Source: Phoronis australis
Lineage: Eukaryota > Animalia > Phoronida
Direction: 5' to 3'
Assembly (NCBI GenBank): GCA_002633005.1
Contig: NMRA01000951.1
Span: 1 to 64,000, forward strand
Length of the DNA: 64,000 nt
The translations under genes were made by a program, and so were the position numbers. The notes beneath the pieces were generated by a model, which was given only the letters and a program-made list of their open reading frames with translations, ran no database searches and was not told the DNA's origin. Below, piece by piece: positions 61,011 through 64,000 of this stretch. How positions within the stretch are numbered: the stretch's first letter is position 1; every line of letters begins with the position of its first letter.

Positions 61011-64000
61011 TTAGTTTCTGTGAAATGTCTGCATCGATAACCTTCCTAACATTTTCTGCCAATCTAGTTTGTATTTTTCACTCAGTACAGTATCCCCTTT
61101 TTGTTTGTATGCGTCGCTTAATTGAAGTAGCATCGTCGCATTTTCATCGTTGTCAGTGATGCAACCCATTCTTGTTTTCATTTCGAAAGCTTCTGTGTAA
61201 TGCCGAAGCGCCACATCTAAGTTATTTTCATTGAGGTAAAGTGCACCAATTGTCCTTAAGGTGTCAGCAGTGTACGGATGATCACGTCCTTTGTCTAATC
61301 TTCTCCGCATGCTCAACGCTTCCTCACAGTGGGTGAGTGCCATGTTGCCATTACCTTTCTCTTGGTAACACAAACCCAGGTTGGTCAAAGATAGTGCAGT
61401 ACACTCGTGGACACCAGAATTTAATCTCTTATTCATTTCAAGTGAATCCTCAGCCATGTGTAACCCCAGATCAAAATCCTTCCCACGTTTACAATGTAAA
61501 AGTCCAAGATTTCCCAACGTTTCTGCTTTACTTGGATGGTCCTTCTCACCAACTATCCTCTCGATCATGCTCAAAGACTTGGAGCAGTAACTAAACGCCT
61601 CATCTATTTCTCCGATCTTGAGATAAACTTCTCCAATGTTGTTCATTGCGTTCGCAACACCTAGATCGTCTTTGTCGCGAAAGAACACTTTCATCAATTT
61701 CAGGTATTCAGAATTGTGCATCAAAGCCTTTTGATACAACCCCATGTTTTTACACAACCAACCCAGATCACAGTAAGCACTGGCAACAAAAGGATGAGAA
61801 CTGTAAACGTCTTTTATGATTTTCAAGGAATCTGTCTTAAATTGTAGTGCCAAATCTAGCTTACCCATTTCGTTATAAACATCTCCAATGTCACTCATGA
61901 TTGTTCCCAGGGCAGGGTGGTCAGCATCTCCACAGACCTTTTTCCACACACTCAAGGAATCCTGATAGTACCGTAGTGCTAACTCAGTCTTTCCCAATTT
62001 ACTGTACACCTTACCTATATCGTGCAACGTGGATGCTATCTGTGGATGCTTTCTATTCTCGTAGAAACGCTCCCATGTGCTTAGCGCCTCTTGGTGGTGT
62101 AGCAACGCTACCTCGTACTTACCGAGTTTACTGTATAAAATTGCAATGTTATTCAAACTTGCAGCTATATCAGGGTGACTTCTGTGACCATGAATCTTCT
62201 TCTTCATAGAGACGGATTCTTGATAGTATTCTAGCGCAAGCTCGTGCCTAGTCATGTTGTCATATACATTCCCAATGTTATTCAAGCACGATGCAATGTC
62301 AGGATGGTTGATATTTCGATGGATTTTCTTCATCATATTCAGCGATTCTTGATAGTATTGCAAAGCTAACTCATTTTCTTTCAAATCATCATAGACACTT
62401 CCTATGTTACTCAGACACAATGCAATGTCATGGTGGTCTTGATAACCATGTATTTTCCTCCACAATCCTAGCGCGTCCTGAAAATATCGTAGCGCCTTTC
62501 CTGGCCTTTCAGCTTGGACGTACAAGCTACCAATATTATGCAAACCCGACGCAACATCTTGGTGATCTACATTTCCGTAAATTGCTTTAGTCATAGAAAG
62601 CGAACCTTCAAGATGTTTCAAAGCCAAGTCGTACTCTTCCATATCACCATAAACATTTCCAATATTATTCAAGCTTGACGAAATATCAAGATGATTTGCA
62701 TCACCATACAGTCTTTTCTGCATAGCCAAAGAGGTTTGATAATACTGTAAGGCGGACTTCAGCTCTCCCATTTCATAATAAACATTCCCGATATTCGTCA
62801 TACAAGACGCAATTTCATAATGATCCACGTCTCCATGAATTCTTTTTCTCATACCCAATAACCTCAGATGGTATTTTAAGGCTACGTCAATCTTGCCCAC
62901 TTTGTTGCACAAAAAGCCAATATTGTTCAAGCTTGAAGCCATCTTTGGATGATCTTTATCAAAATAGATTCGCTCTCTCATACAGAAGGCCTGTTCATAG
63001 AATTCAAATGCCAGCTGGTATTTACATGTAACATTGTACACACTTCCGAGATTGTTCAGGCACGAGGCTATTTCAGGATGATCTTCTTTACCATGAACTC
63101 TTTGCCTTAGTTCCAACGCCTCTCGGTAGTATCGCAATGCTTCGACATAGTTACCCATATTGTGACAAGCAACCCCCTTACTGTTCAAGCATGTGGCGAT
63201 GCCAGGATGATCCTCGTCACCAAAGATCCTCTTGTGCATGTCCAAAGATGACTGATAGTAACTCAGAGCTATCTTTTGTTGGGTCAAACTATCGTACACA
63301 TTTCCGACATTAATAAGGCACAGCACAATATCGGGATGATCACTGTTACAATAGATTCTCTTCCTCATATTCAAACAGTCAAGATAGTACTGCAGTGCTA
63401 ATTGGTGTTTACTCATTCCAAGATAAGCACTTCCGCAATAATTCAAGCATGCTGCGATGTCCCGATGGTCCTTGTCTCCATGTAATTTCTTCACCATACG
63501 CAATGAGTCTTCATGGTACTTTAGGGCGGAGACGTAATTACCCAACTCCTGATATGCCGAGCCGATCAGATTAAGGATATAAGCTACATCACTATGCTCG
63601 TCACCACGCTCATTTTTCACCACATCAAGTGATTCTTTAAAGTAAATAAGCCCGAGCTTGGGTTTTCCTAAACGTGTGTTTGCTTTTCCAATATCTGCTT
63701 TACGTTTCGCGACAGACATTAGATTTTCAGATTCAAACTCCGCCTTCGTTACGTCAGCGACATCTGCAATTCCAATGGAGAGCGACTTGCTAATCTGTTC
63801 ACTAATCAAACTATCGATGATTTCAGAAGACACGTCATCACCAGTGTTGCATCGCCATTTTCCTATACTTAAGGAGTGTGTGAAGTACTTCAGCGCCTCC
63901 GTGTATTGCTCCTCCAACATATATGTCTTCCCTATCAAAGTCAAGCAACGAGCAACCTCTGAGTTGGTGTGGTCGCATAAAATTGTTCTGCCTTTATAAG
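61011..64000 (-). CDS. Tetratricopeptide-repeat protein (KLC/nephrocystin-3-type TPR array), 5'-partial
   Basis: The frame is open from the window edge (YKGRTILCDHTNSEVARCLTLIGK..) to the stop at 61011. About 20 repeats, mostly 43 aa, consensus HPDIAxCLNNIGxVYxxxGxxxxALxYYQxSLxMxKxIHG. Minus-strand AATAAA at 60712-60707. Confidence 0.9.
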   Translation of the reverse strand, partial: YKGRTILCDHTNSEVARCLTLIGKTYMLEEQYTEALKYFTHSLSIGKWRCNTGDDVSSEIIDSLISEQISKSLSIGIADVADVTKAEFESENLMSVAKRKADIGKANTRLGKPKLGLIYFKESLDVVKNERGDEHSDVAYILNLIGSAYQELGNYVSALKYHEDSLRMVKKLHGDKDHRDIAACLNYCGSAYLGMSKHQLALQYYLDCLNMRKRIYCNSDHPDIVLCLINVGNVYDSLTQQKIALSYYQSSLDMHKRIFGDEDHPGIATCLNSKGVACHNMGNYVEALRYYREALELRQRVHGKEDHPEIASCLNNLGSVYNVTCKYQLAFEFYEQAFCMRERIYFDKDHPKMASSLNNIGFLCNKVGKIDVALKYHLRLLGMRKRIHGDVDHYEIASCMTNIGNVYYEMGELKSALQYYQTSLAMQKRLYGDANHLDISSSLNNIGNVYGDMEEYDLALKHLEGSLSMTKAIYGNVDHQDVASGLHNIGSLYVQAERPGKALRYFQDALGLWRKIHGYQDHHDIALCLSNIGSVYDDLKENELALQYYQESLNMMKKIHRNINHPDIASCLNNIGNVYDNMTRHELALEYYQESVSMKKKIHGHRSHPDIAASLNNIAILYSKLGKYEVALLHHQEALSTWERFYENRKHPQIASTLHDIGKVYSKLGKTELALRYYQDSLSVWKKVCGDADHPALGTIMSDIGDVYNEMGKLDLALQFKTDSLKIIKDVYSSHPFVASAYCDLGWLCKNMGLYQKALMHNSEYLKLMKVFFRDKDDLGVANAMNNIGEVYLKIGEIDEAFSYCSKSLSMIERIVGEKDHPSKAETLGNLGLLHCKRGKDFDLGLHMAEDSLEMNKRLNSGVHECTALSLTNLGLCYQEKGNGNMALTHCEEALSMRRRLDKGRDHPYTADTLRTIGALYLNENNLDVALRHYTEAFEMKTRMGCITDNDENATMLLQLSDAYKQKGDTVLSEKYKLDWQKMLGRLSMQTFHRN

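Noticed and set aside
61337-63999. Plus-strand ORFs overlapping the TPR gene
   Set aside because: Antisense shadows of the long minus-strand coding frame.

Overview
AT-rich, intron-containing animal genomic DNA (invertebrate; the repeat landscape suggests a lophotrochozoan such as a mollusc, which is inference). It has three N gaps and four single-N contig joins. I reconstructed four spliced genes by hand from GT-AG junctions and reading-frame phase: PDCD10/CCM3 (+, 20329-25739), AGFG1/HRB (-, 42988-30410), a coiled-coil C6orf163-like gene head-to-head with it (+, 43317-51677) and LIPT2 (-, 54770-52695). An intronless 43-aa-period TPR array ORF (-, 61011 onward) runs off the window edge. The rest is transposon-derived: an L1/Tx1 RT fragment, hAT-like elements with 5-bp TSDs, a 711-bp foldback element with an 8-bp TSD, a Helentron/HINE-like element carrying a tandem array, MITEs and minisatellites. 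The most unusual observations are: (1) a solo LTR plus exactly 18 nt of tRNA-Lys PBS plus a snap-back inverted copy, resembling a captured plus-strand strong-stop cDNA; (2) tandem repeats seeded at splice junctions in all four spliced genes; (3) an apparent AG>CG loss of the ancestral PDCD10 acceptor, rescued by an in-frame acceptor 15 nt upstream; (4) a spliced uORF whose stop overlaps the PDCD10 start (AUGA). I found no prokaryotic-type system such as CRISPR or an operon. Gene names rest on remembered motifs, not database searches.
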